DNA from: Azolla caroliniana
Taxonomy: Eukaryota; Plantae; Polypodiophyta
NCBI GenBank assembly: GCA_043228905.1
Contig: JBHGNT010000021.1
Span: 2,728,001-2,792,000 of the forward strand
DNA: 64,000 bases
Direction of reading: 5' to 3'
Part shown: positions 44,484-54,410 of the stretch, in pieces
How positions within the stretch are numbered: position 1 is the stretch's first letter
Layout: each line of letters opens with the position of its first letter
Made by a program: the position numbers and the translations under genes
The notes under the pieces: model-generated
Database searches by the model: none
Seen by the model: the letters and a program-made list of their open reading frames with translations, nothing else
Told to the model about the DNA's origin: nothing

Positions 44484-44988
44484 CAATAGACATTCGGTTA
44501 AGTGCGCACTTTGAATGCAAGGCAGAAGTGTGCACTTAGGGGTTTTTGGATTTTTTAGGGTTTTTTGAAATATTTTCCTTTTATGCTCTAATCATACAAT
44601 TCTTGATAAGAAAAGTGATCAATTTACGTGATATAATTAACCTGAAACATTTCTAGTTTCATCATACATACTCTTCAGTTTCTTTCTCGATTCTAGATAA
44701 CCTTTAGTTGCAACTTCTGTCATCTTTGAGAATAAACAAGATGCACAGAAAGAGAGAGGGAGGAAGAGAGGCTTTCTTCATGTAGGAAAAGAGCACACAC
44801 GCACATGGCACATGCACACATAGAAAGAGAAGGACAATAGACGGAAGTTTTGTTGCACATGAAGAAGGAGAGCTCGTGTTCACGGTCGATCATTGCAAAA
44901 ACTTGACTATTCACAATCATCAAGAATTGTTTGCCCTTCTTTGCTTATGTTCTTTAATCAAGAATCAAAATCACAAACTCGTAATCGT

Positions 44989-45023
<35 letters not shown>

Positions 45024-45220
45024 CATACAAATACACACAGAAACTCCTTTGTTGTTTATGAATGTTTGGAACATACTTTCAGATTTTCAATTTGGTTTAA
45101 TGTAATTTTGTCATGAAACAATGTAAAAAAATTTATCTCAAATTTCGACCTCTATAAAAAAAAGCGCACTTAATAGAACAATGCACTTAACTAGGCACAC
45201 ACTTAACCGAATGCCTACTG
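44484..45220. mobile_element. Non-autonomous Tc1/mariner (pogo-like) element, copy 2
   Basis: TIRs CAATAGACATTCGGTTAAGTG / CACTTAACCGAATGCCTACTG, flanked by TA; interior colinear with copy 1. Confidence 0.75.
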
Positions 45221-45768
45221 TATATACGGGTGTCATGCAAATAACGTGCATCCTTAAAGATATCAACATATACTAGTTCAAATTTAACTAACATTTGTAA
45301 TTATTCCCTTAAGAAAACAAAATCAAAGAAACTCCATAAAAGATTGGTAGCGAGAGGGGCCTGCATTTCAAGTTGATCCTCTTGCAACTAAGAAATTTGC
45401 ATGTGAGATTTTTCTTTTGTTAGCTGAGAAAAGTATTTCCACAAACCATTGTACATATATGTGAAGCTTTGATTCATATTGTTCTGAAGATAGAGAAGCC
45501 TTTTACAACATGGTGAGAAATGAAATTCAAATAGAATTAGAATTAGAATTTTTATCGTCCATAAAGAGGCCAAATTTGACCTATGGGACTAGAAAGAAAG
45601 AAAGAAAGAAAGATATATTAACGTCTTCTAAGGCCAAATTTGGCCCATGAGACAAATAGGTTACAACAAAAATGAGTGTTTATCCAATCATCAAAACTAA
45701 AAATAAAAGAAAATAGCTTAAGCTAAGAAAGTTCTCGTAGTGTACAAAGCTTTGCACTAAGCCTAATC

Positions 45769-46425
45769 TCATTTCCACCCAAGTCTCTCAAAAAGAAGTG
45801 GGAGGTCAAAAGTTTTTGGTGTGGGTGTGACCCATGGTCCCGATGCATAGAGTGCCCTAGCCATGGCTTCTAGGCGGTGTAGTTCACGTTCCCTTATTTT
45901 CTTTATTGCTTCTACATCTCGTCGAGTTGCTTTGAAACCCGACATCCGAGGGCGTTTGGTTATTCTTTGATTTTCTGCTTCATCAAGGAGAAGTCCGAGT
46001 GGTGCAGGTGTGTCGACATTCATTGTCTCCCCCTGTTCCTGAAAAACTTCATTTGTTATATGTTGGTAAACATTAGCAACATTATTATCAACGTTTTGTA
46101 ATTTGTTCTCTTTGTGTTGTTTCAATTCTAAGATGTATCTACCTAATTTCTTTATATCTAGTGTATCTAATAGTTTAGGGAGGGTGGGAGAGGAACCAAG
46201 TATGTCTTGGTATTTTGCCCTTATCTCGACATAGGTGGGGCATTTGCATGTAAAATGGTACTCGTCCTCTATCTCTATGTGGCATAATCTACATATCCTT
46301 TCCTCCCTAGGGACTCCATTAGTACGTCCATTCTCAATCTCAAGTTGGTGAGATGATATTCTAAGTTGACCAATGGCAACCCTTAGTGCATGTGGTAAGA
46401 ATACATCTAGATATTTTGGGCGCGT
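45769..46425 (-). pseudogene. LINE ORF C-terminal segment (zinc finger and extension)
   Basis: TRPKYLDVFLPHALRVAIGQLRISSHQLEIENGR..ERICRLCHIEIEDEYHFTCKCPTY; stop at 45769; the track N-terminus (46426-46494) is LTR-derived. Confidence 0.85.
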
Positions 46426-47144
46426 TGTCGGGGTTGCTACGCCCTTGCGTGTAGAAAGGAGGAGGGACCACGGGGGTCTTGAACCGAAGAGCAAGAGAGA
46501 GAGGAGTAAGAGAGAGAGAGACCCGATTACACAGAACCGAAGATCCGATTGCGCAGAACCGACGATTGCACAGGGACACGGCCCAACAAACAGAGATCAC
46601 AAATAAACGCCGACGCAGATGGACGCAACAACGAAAGATATGTACTTATGAATGCAAGAAAATAACAGACTAAAGTATTACAACCCACGGTGGGGCACGA
46701 AATAGATACTAACGAAAACGAACAGGGCGGCGAACAGATGCCGACCCCTGTATGTCGCGACGCACAGGAAGGGAAAACAGGTCGGAGGTGCTGCAGGACG
46801 CACTCGGGGCGTTCCACGGAACAGCGCAAGCCTCCTCGAAACCTGCACAGGTACGCGATGGAGCAGAAGACAGAGAAAGCAGGAGTGAGAGAGAAGCTCC
46901 GAAATCGGTTCGGCAGCACTTCGTCCTCTCCGCGCGAGATACCCACTTCTATTCTTCCTCTTCCCTTTTATAGCCCGTCAAGAGGCCGTTTGGCATTAAC
47001 TGCATACCAACCGAATCTACCCACCTAGGATCCTCGTATGTACCTACTTCGTCCTTAGGTACTTCTTGGCGCGCGTGTGTGCGTAGAGCCGTTTCCCACG
47101 CCTTGTTCCTCCGATTCCTCTTGTGGGCGGTTTTCTTCACGACA
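46426..47144 (-). repeat. 3' LTR (719 bp)
   Basis: Identical to 52856-53574 except two substitutions seen (46448/52878, 46746/53176). Confidence 0.97.
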
Positions 47145-47157
47145 TCCGCCCCCACCT
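47145..47157 (-). promoter_or_regulatory. Polypurine tract
   Basis: Minus strand AGGTGGGGGCGGA immediately precedes the 3' LTR. Confidence 0.8.
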
Positions 47158-47216
47158 AACCGCGCATCCACCGGCATGCGCCAAAATAAGTTGGCACGGA
47201 GAAAACCGGCCCGCCT

Positions 47217-48680
47217 TTACTCTTCGCCTGCCGGCCCTTCCTCGGCCTCGGATCGGTCGTCGTTGCTGTCCAGGAGAATCGGGTCGGGTTCGTCGTCGTG
47301 CCGCTTCTTGAAAGCTTTGATCCTCTTCCCGGCCACGGGTATCGCTATTCTCGTACCGTCGAGCTCCGCCAGATGATACGTCCCGTTGTCGTTGGCGCTC
47401 TGTACCGTGTACGGCCCGAACCATCTCCGTGCGAACTTCCGCGTTGCTCGGTGCTGGTTGTCGAGGCTGCTGTCGTAGACGAGCACCCAGTCACCTTCTT
47501 CGATCTTCTTCGGTCGGAGTCGGTGCGTTCGGTCGAACCTGGCTTTGTTCTTTATCCTCGCCACTCGGATCCTTTCTGCAGCCGTCTCCACGTCCTCCGG
47601 TCTCCGTTCGAGTTGTCGTATACGCGCTGCCAACAACTCCTCCCGGCTCATCTCGTCCCTCCAGTCGACCGTTGCCCATGAGGAGATTGTTCGTTCCATC
47701 GGCATGATCGGCTTCTGGCCGAACATGAGCTCTGTCGGCATGTACCCGGTTACCGAACTGTGCGTAGTCCGGTCGGCCCACAAAGCATAAGGTAGAAGTC
47801 GCGGCCAGTTACCGACTTGGCCTCCGCATGCCCGAACCAGCGCCTTAACGATCGGCCCGTGTCCGCGCTCCACCTTTCCATTCGCCTCCGGGTTGTACGC
47901 AGTGGTGAGCGAGAGTTTGACTCCCAGCCGATCGAACAGCTCCGCGGCTTCCTCGGCGTCCAACTCCCCTCGGTCAGCCACGATCTTCCCGACGCACCCG
48001 TACCGGCATATCACGTCCTCGATCAGGAACCGACACACGGCCGCGGTCGTCTTGTTCTGAAGGGCTCGGCCTTCCACCTGGTTCGTCAGGTCTTCCCGTG
48101 CTAGGACCAGACACCGCATCTGTCCTACCCCCATCGGCATCGTCACCAGATCTACCATCCATTTGAAGTGGATAGTCGGAGGGTACGTAGGGTGAAGCCC
48201 GTCCCGGTGTCGGACTATCGAGTGCATCTGACAACTCTCGCAAGTTGACACGAACCGATGCACGTCCCGGTACAATCCCGGCCACCAGTACTTCCCCTTC
48301 AGCTTCTCAAACGTCGCCCACGTTCCACGGTGTCCAGCCCAAGGGCTGTCGTGGTAGGCCGCCAGTAGCTCCTCCTGTTCTTCCTTCATCGCCACCACCC
48401 GGAGCGGGACGCCGTTCCTCTTCTTCGGGTGCTTCCACAAATGCCCATCTCGGAGAAAGAATCGATATGCTTTCTTCCGGATCCGGTTGGCCTCGTCCTT
48501 CGTCCATGACGCATCGGGCGTCATTGTCTTCAAAAACCCGCCGATCTGCAGCCACTCCCCGTCGTACTTGCTCGCGTCGAACTCGTTAAGCGCCGGAGTG
48601 CTCATTCCGTCGGTCGTTATGTATGCCGCCTCGAAGAAATCCACGCCGACTTCTTCGTCTTCCGAAACCATGCCGCCCTC
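47217..48680 (-). CDS. Integrase (HHCC, DDE core, GPY/F motif, no chromodomain), out of frame with RT-RH
   Basis: YHDSPWAGHRG..CESCQ; WMVDLV..VADRGE..NGKVERGH; RRWFGPY. Track ORF 47217-48821, of which the first ~47 codons are off-frame. Confidence 0.9.
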   Translation of the reverse strand, partial: EGGMVSEDEEVGVDFFEAAYITTDGMSTPALNEFDASKYDGEWLQIGGFLKTMTPDASWTKDEANRIRKKAYRFFLRDGHLWKHPKKRNGVPLRVVAMKEEQEELLAAYHDSPWAGHRGTWATFEKLKGKYWWPGLYRDVHRFVSTCESCQMHSIVRHRDGLHPTYPPTIHFKWMVDLVTMPMGVGQMRCLVLAREDLTNQVEGRALQNKTTAAVCRFLIEDVICRYGCVGKIVADRGELDAEEAAELFDRLGVKLSLTTAYNPEANGKVERGHGPIVKALVRACGGQVGNWPRLLPYALWADRTTHSSVTGYMPTELMFGQKPIMPMERTISSWATVDWRDEMSREELLAARIRQLERRPEDVETAAERIRVARIKNKARFDRTHRLRPKKIEEGDWVLVYDSSLDNQHRATRKFARRWFGPYTVQSANDNGTYHLAELDGTRIAIPVAGKRIKAFKKRHDDEPDPILLDSNDDRSEAEEGPAGEE

Positions 48681-50695
48681 GAAAGCATGTCGGCCATGGC
48701 GTTGTCTTTCCCGGAAATGTGTCGTATTTCCGGGTCCAGGGACTTGATGTACGCTATCCACCTGAGCATCGCCAGGTCCGGAGTCGCGCATCCGGAAACC
48801 ATACCGAGAATCGGCAGGCAATCCGTCTCGATGATCACTTCTGTCCCTATCAGGTAGTCTTTGTCGGCCTTAACCGCCGAAACAATACCCCAGAGTTCGC
48901 GTTTAACCTGGGCGTATCCTCGCTGCCGTTCACTGAGGACTTTCGCGCCGAATCGGATCGGAAACCGATTGCCGTCCTCGTCTTCCTGGTTCACGACCCA
49001 TCCGATCCCGGTCGGACTGGTATCCACCGTTATGAATACCGGGGTACCCTTCCCGTATACCGCCTTCCGGAGTGCCGGTGCCGCTGCAAGGGCCTCTTTC
49101 AGCTTCCGGACCGATTCCGCGTGCTCGTCTAGCCATTCGAACCTTCGCCCCTTTTTCAGCAACCCGTACAGTGGCTCCGCGACGTGTGCGTAATGCGGGA
49201 TCCATATGTGGTAGAACGCGCATGCCCCCAGGAATCTCCGTACTTCCGTGACCGAGCTGCAGTCGGGCTTCATCGCGGAGATGGCTTCTACCTTTGCCGG
49301 AGACGGTTTCCGGCCATACGGTCCGCACAGGTGTCCGACCACCATGATTTCTGACTGCCCGAAGGCCGACTTCTCCCCGGAGAAGGCGAGTCTCGCATCC
49401 TCTAGCCTTCGCAGCACCTTCTCGCAGTCGTCGATGTGCGTCGCCACGAATCGCCGGCATCCGTCCGGCCCGATCGTCTCGTCCTTCTCTTCTACCGGGC
49501 ATCCCTTGATCGGGATGTCGTCCAGAAACGGCATGGTGATGTCCGGGATACAGTCCCTCAGAACCTTGTTCATCGCATTCACCATGTGGGCCACCGAGTT
49601 GGTCCCTCCTTGCGGCAGTGTACACATCCGAACTAGGCCGAGGGGAGTTCGCATCGTCGTAATGTCTCTGCTCTCCACGGCTAGCTGGAACTGGTCGTAC
49701 CCTGAGTATAGATCCCCGACCGAGTAAATTGACCTTCCGGCGAAGGCCTCCGCGAACTCGTCTATGGTCGGTCCGATCCCTGCGTTCCGAATGGTCACTC
49801 GATTGACCGGCTGCAGGTCCTGGATGAAGCGCAACGAACCGTTTTTCTTCGGTACGGTAAACCATCGATTCGAATATGGGGCGCTCGACGGCTCGAGAAT
49901 TCCCATATCAACTTTCTGCCTCAGCAGCTCCATCAACTTCGGGATGTGAGCTCTCGGAACCGGGATTGGCTTGAGGTTCCATGGTACATGCGGTACCGTG
50001 AATATCACCATCGGCTCCACGATCGTCGGGTCAACGCACCCGATTTCCTCCGGCGAGAATGCGAAGGCTTTCCCGTGCCTTCCGAGCATTCTCCGAAACC
50101 GGTCTTCCTCCGCCGGCAGTAGGAACCCGCCCCCACCGATTTTGAGCTCTCGGAGCGTCTCGTCGGTGAAGGTGTGCCCTATGCAGGCCGGATCTCGTAG
50201 ACTAGGGTCCGATGCAACCCCTTTGATTCTCGACGCGCTGTCCTCCGGTAAGGGTGCCGCGACTGGCCTTACCTTCCGGTCCACAGTCTTGTACTTGGTG
50301 CTTACGTGGGCCGTCCGAACTGACTCGAGCCCTCGACCGAAGTCCGCGATGACTTCGTACATCTCCTCGGAACACACCGGTATCGTCCGGTCTTCGTTAA
50401 GGCCTTCTTCGACTACCTTTCCCAGCATTCCCAAGGTGTCGTCGAATGAGACCGCCTCCACGGCTCCGTTGATTTCCTCGTCAGGGCCGAGAACTCCGCA
50501 CGCTCGAAGTCTCCCCTCCGCCTTTGTCTTCTCTCGGCCGCCGATGCCGACTATCGTACACGCTCCGCTGTCGGAGAACAAAAATCCCCTACCTATGGTA
50601 CAAGGTTCCTTCGGTTTTATCGTACAGGTGTGGGGTTTTCCCGGGGTGTCCGGACTGTCGCGGCCCCACGCCTTGGCAGCCCTCTCTAAAAATCC
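48617..50695 (-). CDS. Pol: reverse transcriptase and RNase H (-1 frame relative to gag-PR)
   Basis: VPKKNGSLRFIQDLQPVN, DLYSGYDQ, LPQGGTNS, FLDD; RH ITVDTSPTGIG..ELWGIV..IETDC. The frame is open upstream of the track start (50581) at least back to 50695. Confidence 0.93.
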   Translation of the reverse strand, partial: GFLERAAKAWGRDSPDTPGKPHTCTIKPKEPCTIGRGFLFSDSGACTIVGIGGREKTKAEGRLRACGVLGPDEEINGAVEAVSFDDTLGMLGKVVEEGLNEDRTIPVCSEEMYEVIADFGRGLESVRTAHVSTKYKTVDRKVRPVAAPLPEDSASRIKGVASDPSLRDPACIGHTFTDETLRELKIGGGGFLLPAEEDRFRRMLGRHGKAFAFSPEEIGCVDPTIVEPMVIFTVPHVPWNLKPIPVPRAHIPKLMELLRQKVDMGILEPSSAPYSNRWFTVPKKNGSLRFIQDLQPVNRVTIRNAGIGPTIDEFAEAFAGRSIYSVGDLYSGYDQFQLAVESRDITTMRTPLGLVRMCTLPQGGTNSVAHMVNAMNKVLRDCIPDITMPFLDDIPIKGCPVEEKDETIGPDGCRRFVATHIDDCEKVLRRLEDARLAFSGEKSAFGQSEIMVVGHLCGPYGRKPSPAKVEAISAMKPDCSSVTEVRRFLGACAFYHIWIPHYAHVAEPLYGLLKKGRRFEWLDEHAESVRKLKEALAAAPALRKAVYGKGTPVFITVDTSPTGIGWVVNQEDEDGNRFPIRFGAKVLSERQRGYAQVKRELWGIVSAVKADKDYLIGTEVIIETDCLPILGMVSGCATPDLAMLRWIAYIKSLDPEIRHISGKDNAMADMLSRAAWFRKTKKSAWISSRRHT

Positions 50696-52812
50696 TCTCG
50701 GTTATCGGAACCGAGGGAGTCGCGGTTACGCTCGTGGTTCGGCCTAACCGTCAAAAACTGGACCGAATGGCGCCCGTCCTGGCTCTTGACCCGCGCATAG
50801 GCCGAACCGTTGTCCAGCACCTTGGTCTCCATTCGAGCCGCCGTGATGTACGGCTCTCCCAGTATGACGGGGTGCGATGACGACTCCTGCACGAAGAAGT
50901 GCTGGTCTATCTCGACATCGCCGATCTTGACCCGTACATTCGGGCAGGCCCCGTGAAGTTCCTCGGTGGCGCGCGTCGCCGCCCTTATCTTCCACCCGTG
51001 CTTGGTGTTGATCGGCCATTTGCCCTTCTTATAGAAGTCCATGGACATCAGGTTGATTTCCGATCCGTGGTCCACCAAAGCTACTACCGGTTCCTGGACA
51101 TCGCCGATCTTTACCGGGGTTTCCGTGGTCGCTCGGGCCCAGTGTGGCCGCGAATAGTGGCTCTCCGCCCACTCGTCTTCCAGCGCCATGTCGTCCAGGT
51201 GCGCCGTCCGCACCTCTACCGGTCTTCCCGGTTCCTCCTCCGTCGACAGCCTCTTCCGCTTGACCAAGTCCACGATGGAGTCGTGGAACTCTTTCTTCGC
51301 GATTCCGAGCACCTCCCGTAGCGACAGCTCCACCTTGCTGTCGAGGATCCGTTCCTCCAGGACCTTTCGTAAGTCCGTGGTTCTTTCTATCTCCGTCCCC
51401 AGACGGTACCCGCCCTTCTGGGGTTTATCTTGCGTACCGGCCCCGCCGGCTTCGTCCCGTCGTGGCCCGGACCGGGTCTCGTATCGTTGTGAGGGCCCGG
51501 TCGTCCCGGGTTTCCCCACCCGCTTCTCTTCTACCAGAGCCTCGTAGTTCCGGCAAGCGGCTTCCACGAAGCCCGTCTTCTCCTCGACCGGGTCGCTCCA
51601 CCCGGTCATCTCCCGTACCCGTTTCTCCGCACGGTCCGATTCCTCCCTCTTCATCCTCGTATCGGCAAGGCCTTCCAGCACCGTCGGCCAGAATCCGGCT
51701 TTGCTTCCTCTTCGGGCCTCGTTGCCCCCGACTCGAATACCGGCCGACGCCGAGTAGTGGACGGTTTCCGCATGTCGGGCCGCCGCCTCTTCCATCAACC
51801 TCTTCATTCTGCCTCGCCCGTCGTTTCGGTTTAGGGCCCTTCTCGTGTCGTTGGCGTGAACCCGGCCTTCCCATAGGTACACCACCCGGTTCCTCAGCGC
51901 CTCTGCGAAATCGCCGCAGTCTTTTCGGATGTGGCCGACCCCGTCGCACCACATGCACCTGTTCCCTGCCGCCGGCCGTCGGTCACGAGCAGGTCCTCCG
52001 CCTTCTCTGCGGGCTTGTGCGATTTGGAGGTCTTTTATCGCCCTCGTCAGTTCCTCCAACGCAGCTCCTCCAGTCGAGCCTCTGATCACGTCGGTCGCAG
52101 CTGAACCGGATTCCAGCCACTCCCGAGTCTCTTCCCTTCGCACCGGCTGCGCCGGCTCGAGTTTCCTCGCCGCGACTGAGCCCGACCCGGTTGCTCTGTC
52201 ATCCTCCCATTCTCGCCGTTTGTCGAAACGGCCGCAGGCTCTCTTGACCGCCGCCCAGTCGGCTGTCAGCCCGTCTTCGGTTTCTAGCAGGGCGCCCACG
52301 TGACTCCGATCCCTCTCGTCAACCGATTTGACGAACAGCAGGACCCGGCTTGTATCCAGGACCATCCTGTCAAGCGCCGAAAGGCGCGCGAAGTTCTCCT
52401 CGAACTCCCGGAGGAGTGCCGACGCGTTTCTTCCTTTCTCGGGAGACTCCACCCACTCCATGAAGCTTCGCTTCGAAAGCCGGAGCGCGTCGTCCAGTCC
52501 GTATTTTTCCAGGAGCCGACCTTCGAACTCCTCCCAGGTACGGCTCTCCGCCCGCACCTCGAGCACCTCCGCATGGATGCTCGGCATCGCCACTCGGGGA
52601 AAACCGGCAAGACGCCTGTCTTCCGGAATGTCCCGCATTAACATTTCCGCACCGTAGGACGCCAGATACTTCGTGGCATCCTTCCCATCGAACCGGCCGA
52701 TCGTGCCGACGACCGCCTCAATAGCTCTGTCGAGGGCACCGGTGCCCTCGCGCGCGTTTACAATCCGATCCACGGCCGAAGCCATGGCCTCTGCGAGATC
52801 CGACCCCCTCAT
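50686..52812 (-). CDS. Gag-protease polyprotein
   Basis: Zinc knuckle CMWCDGVGHIRKDC; aspartic protease ALVDHGSEINLM..ILGEPY; first ATG at 52812 (the track starts at GTG 52839, inside the PBS). Confidence 0.92.
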   Translation of the reverse strand: MRGSDLAEAMASAVDRIVNAREGTGALDRAIEAVVGTIGRFDGKDATKYLASYGAEMLMRDIPEDRRLAGFPRVAMPSIHAEVLEVRAESRTWEEFEGRLLEKYGLDDALRLSKRSFMEWVESPEKGRNASALLREFEENFARLSALDRMVLDTSRVLLFVKSVDERDRSHVGALLETEDGLTADWAAVKRACGRFDKRREWEDDRATGSGSVAARKLEPAQPVRREETREWLESGSAATDVIRGSTGGAALEELTRAIKDLQIAQARREGGGPARDRRPAAGNRCMWCDGVGHIRKDCGDFAEALRNRVVYLWEGRVHANDTRRALNRNDGRGRMKRLMEEAAARHAETVHYSASAGIRVGGNEARRGSKAGFWPTVLEGLADTRMKREESDRAEKRVREMTGWSDPVEEKTGFVEAACRNYEALVEEKRVGKPGTTGPSQRYETRSGPRRDEAGGAGTQDKPQKGGYRLGTEIERTTDLRKVLEERILDSKVELSLREVLGIAKKEFHDSIVDLVKRKRLSTEEEPGRPVEVRTAHLDDMALEDEWAESHYSRPHWARATTETPVKIGDVQEPVVALVDHGSEINLMSMDFYKKGKWPINTKHGWKIRAATRATEELHGACPNVRVKIGDVEIDQHFFVQESSSHPVILGEPYITAARMETKVLDNGSAYARVKSQDGRHSVQFLTVRPNHERNRDSLGSDNREDF

Positions 52813-52834
52813 CTTCTGCTCTTCTGCCGCCTCT

Positions 52835-52852
52835 TTCACGTCGGGTTCACCA
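52835..52852 (-). promoter_or_regulatory. Primer-binding site for tRNA-Trp
   Basis: Minus strand TGGTGAACCCGACGTGAA, 3 nt from the 5' LTR; complementary to the plant cytosolic tRNA-Trp 3' end TTCACGTCGGGTTCACCA (recalled sequence). Confidence 0.85.
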
Positions 52853-52855
52853 AGA

Positions 52856-53574
52856 TGTCGGGGTTGCTACGCCCTTGTGTGTAGAAAGGAGGAGGGACCA
52901 CGGGGGTCTTGAACCGAAGAGCAAGAGAGAGAGGAGTAAGAGAGAGAGAGACCCGATTACACAGAACCGAAGATCCGATTGCGCAGAACCGACGATTGCA
53001 CAGGGACACGGCCCAACAAACAGAGATCACAAATAAACGCCGACGCAGATGGACGCAACAACGAAAGATATGTACTTATGAATGCAAGAAAATAACAGAC
53101 TAAAGTATTACAACCCACGGTGGGGCACGAAATAGATACTAACGAAAACGAACAGGGCGGCGAACAGATGCCGACGCCTGTATGTCGCGACGCACAGGAA
53201 GGGAAAACAGGTCGGAGGTGCTGCAGGACGCACTCGGGGCGTTCCACGGAACAGCGCAAGCCTCCTCGAAACCTGCACAGGTACGCGATGGAGCAGAAGA
53301 CAGAGAAAGCAGGAGTGAGAGAGAAGCTCCGAAATCGGTTCGGCAGCACTTCGTCCTCTCCGCGCGAGATACCCACTTCTATTCTTCCTCTTCCCTTTTA
53401 TAGCCCGTCAAGAGGCCGTTTGGCATTAACTGCATACCAACCGAATCTACCCACCTAGGATCCTCGTATGTACCTACTTCGTCCTTAGGTACTTCTTGGC
53501 GCGCGTGTGTGCGTAGAGCCGTTTCCCACGCCTTGTTCCTCCGATTCCTCTTGTGGGCGGTTTTCTTCACGACA
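52856..53574 (-). repeat. 5' LTR (719 bp) with TATAAAA at 53402-53396
   Basis: TG..CA termini; near-identical to the 3' LTR. Confidence 0.97.
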
Positions 53575-53578
53575 GCGT

Positions 53579-54410
53579 GATAAAACCTAACTCAGAGAAG
53601 TGCATAAAGTGTTCCTTATAGTACGACATTTTAGATGGGAGTGGCTCTAGTGGGGTGATCCATTTATACCGAGTATAAATTTGCCATATTTCTTGGCGTA
53701 TTACTTTATTACGGTCCTCATGAGAGAGTAAAGTGTTATCATTCGTGTGGTCGTACTTAAGGGGGGGGAGGTTAGTAATGTCTAGACCGTTTGCAAGAAG
53801 CCAACTTACCATCATGCCATACCATGAGCTAGTATAGCTGGACTCATACAGTGCTCGAGAAGCCTTAAAGGCTTGGTGGGATATTCTATCAAGTGGTTGG
53901 TTATGTATCCTGTGTATAAAGACTACCAGTTGAAAAAGTGCTTCTACTAACATAGGGGGTAGAGTGAACTCAGCCCTAATAATGTCATGTGGGACCGACG
54001 ATTTGCTTCGGAGTTGGCGTGATAACATCATCACCAATGGTCTCTCTAATTGCGTCCACATGAAAGATGGTAGTCCTGGGGCCCAAATCGCTGATGCATA
54101 CATGAGAGAGGGAGTCACTAATGAGTCAAAGAGCCACCCTTTAGTTCGTGGCTCTTGGAAGTATGCTTGGTGGCATTGTCTCTCGAGGAGTGAGAGGGAT
54201 GCATGTCCTCTTGTAAGTCTATCCTTCGCTGCTTGTGTCATCGAAAATTTACCTGAGCGGGCACTGAAAGTGACTCCGAGATAGACATATGATCCAACCA
54301 CCTCAACTGGGCTATGGGAGATAGTTAGGTGACACTTAGCTCTAACTTGGGCCGACATGTGGAAGATAAGGACTTTAGTTTTCCCTAGATTCACTACCAA
54401 TCCTCGTTGT
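53579..54410 (-). pseudogene. LINE ORF segment (end of RT, thumb and linker)
   Basis: Track ORF 53567-54445; joins in frame to the 46425 segment once the gypsy element and one TSD copy are removed. Confidence 0.85.

Larger units (their letters stand above)
46426..53574 (-). mobile_element. Complete young Ty3/gypsy LTR retrotransposon (non-chromovirus, Phygy/fungal-like)
   Basis: Two 719-bp TG..CA LTRs, tRNA-Trp PBS, PPT, gag-PR and RT-RH-INT, 4-bp TSD GCGT (46422-46425 / 53575-53578). Confidence 0.97.
45592..54410 (-). mobile_element. Non-LTR retrotransposon (RTE/RTEX-like LINE), 3' portion, interrupted by two gypsy insertions
   Basis: RT C-terminal motifs GLVVNLGKTKVLIF..YVYLGVTF..LFDSLVTPSLMYASAIW; C-terminal CCHC finger ICRLCHIEIEDEYHFTCKCP; (TTTC)n tail at 45592-45612. 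Confidence 0.85.
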
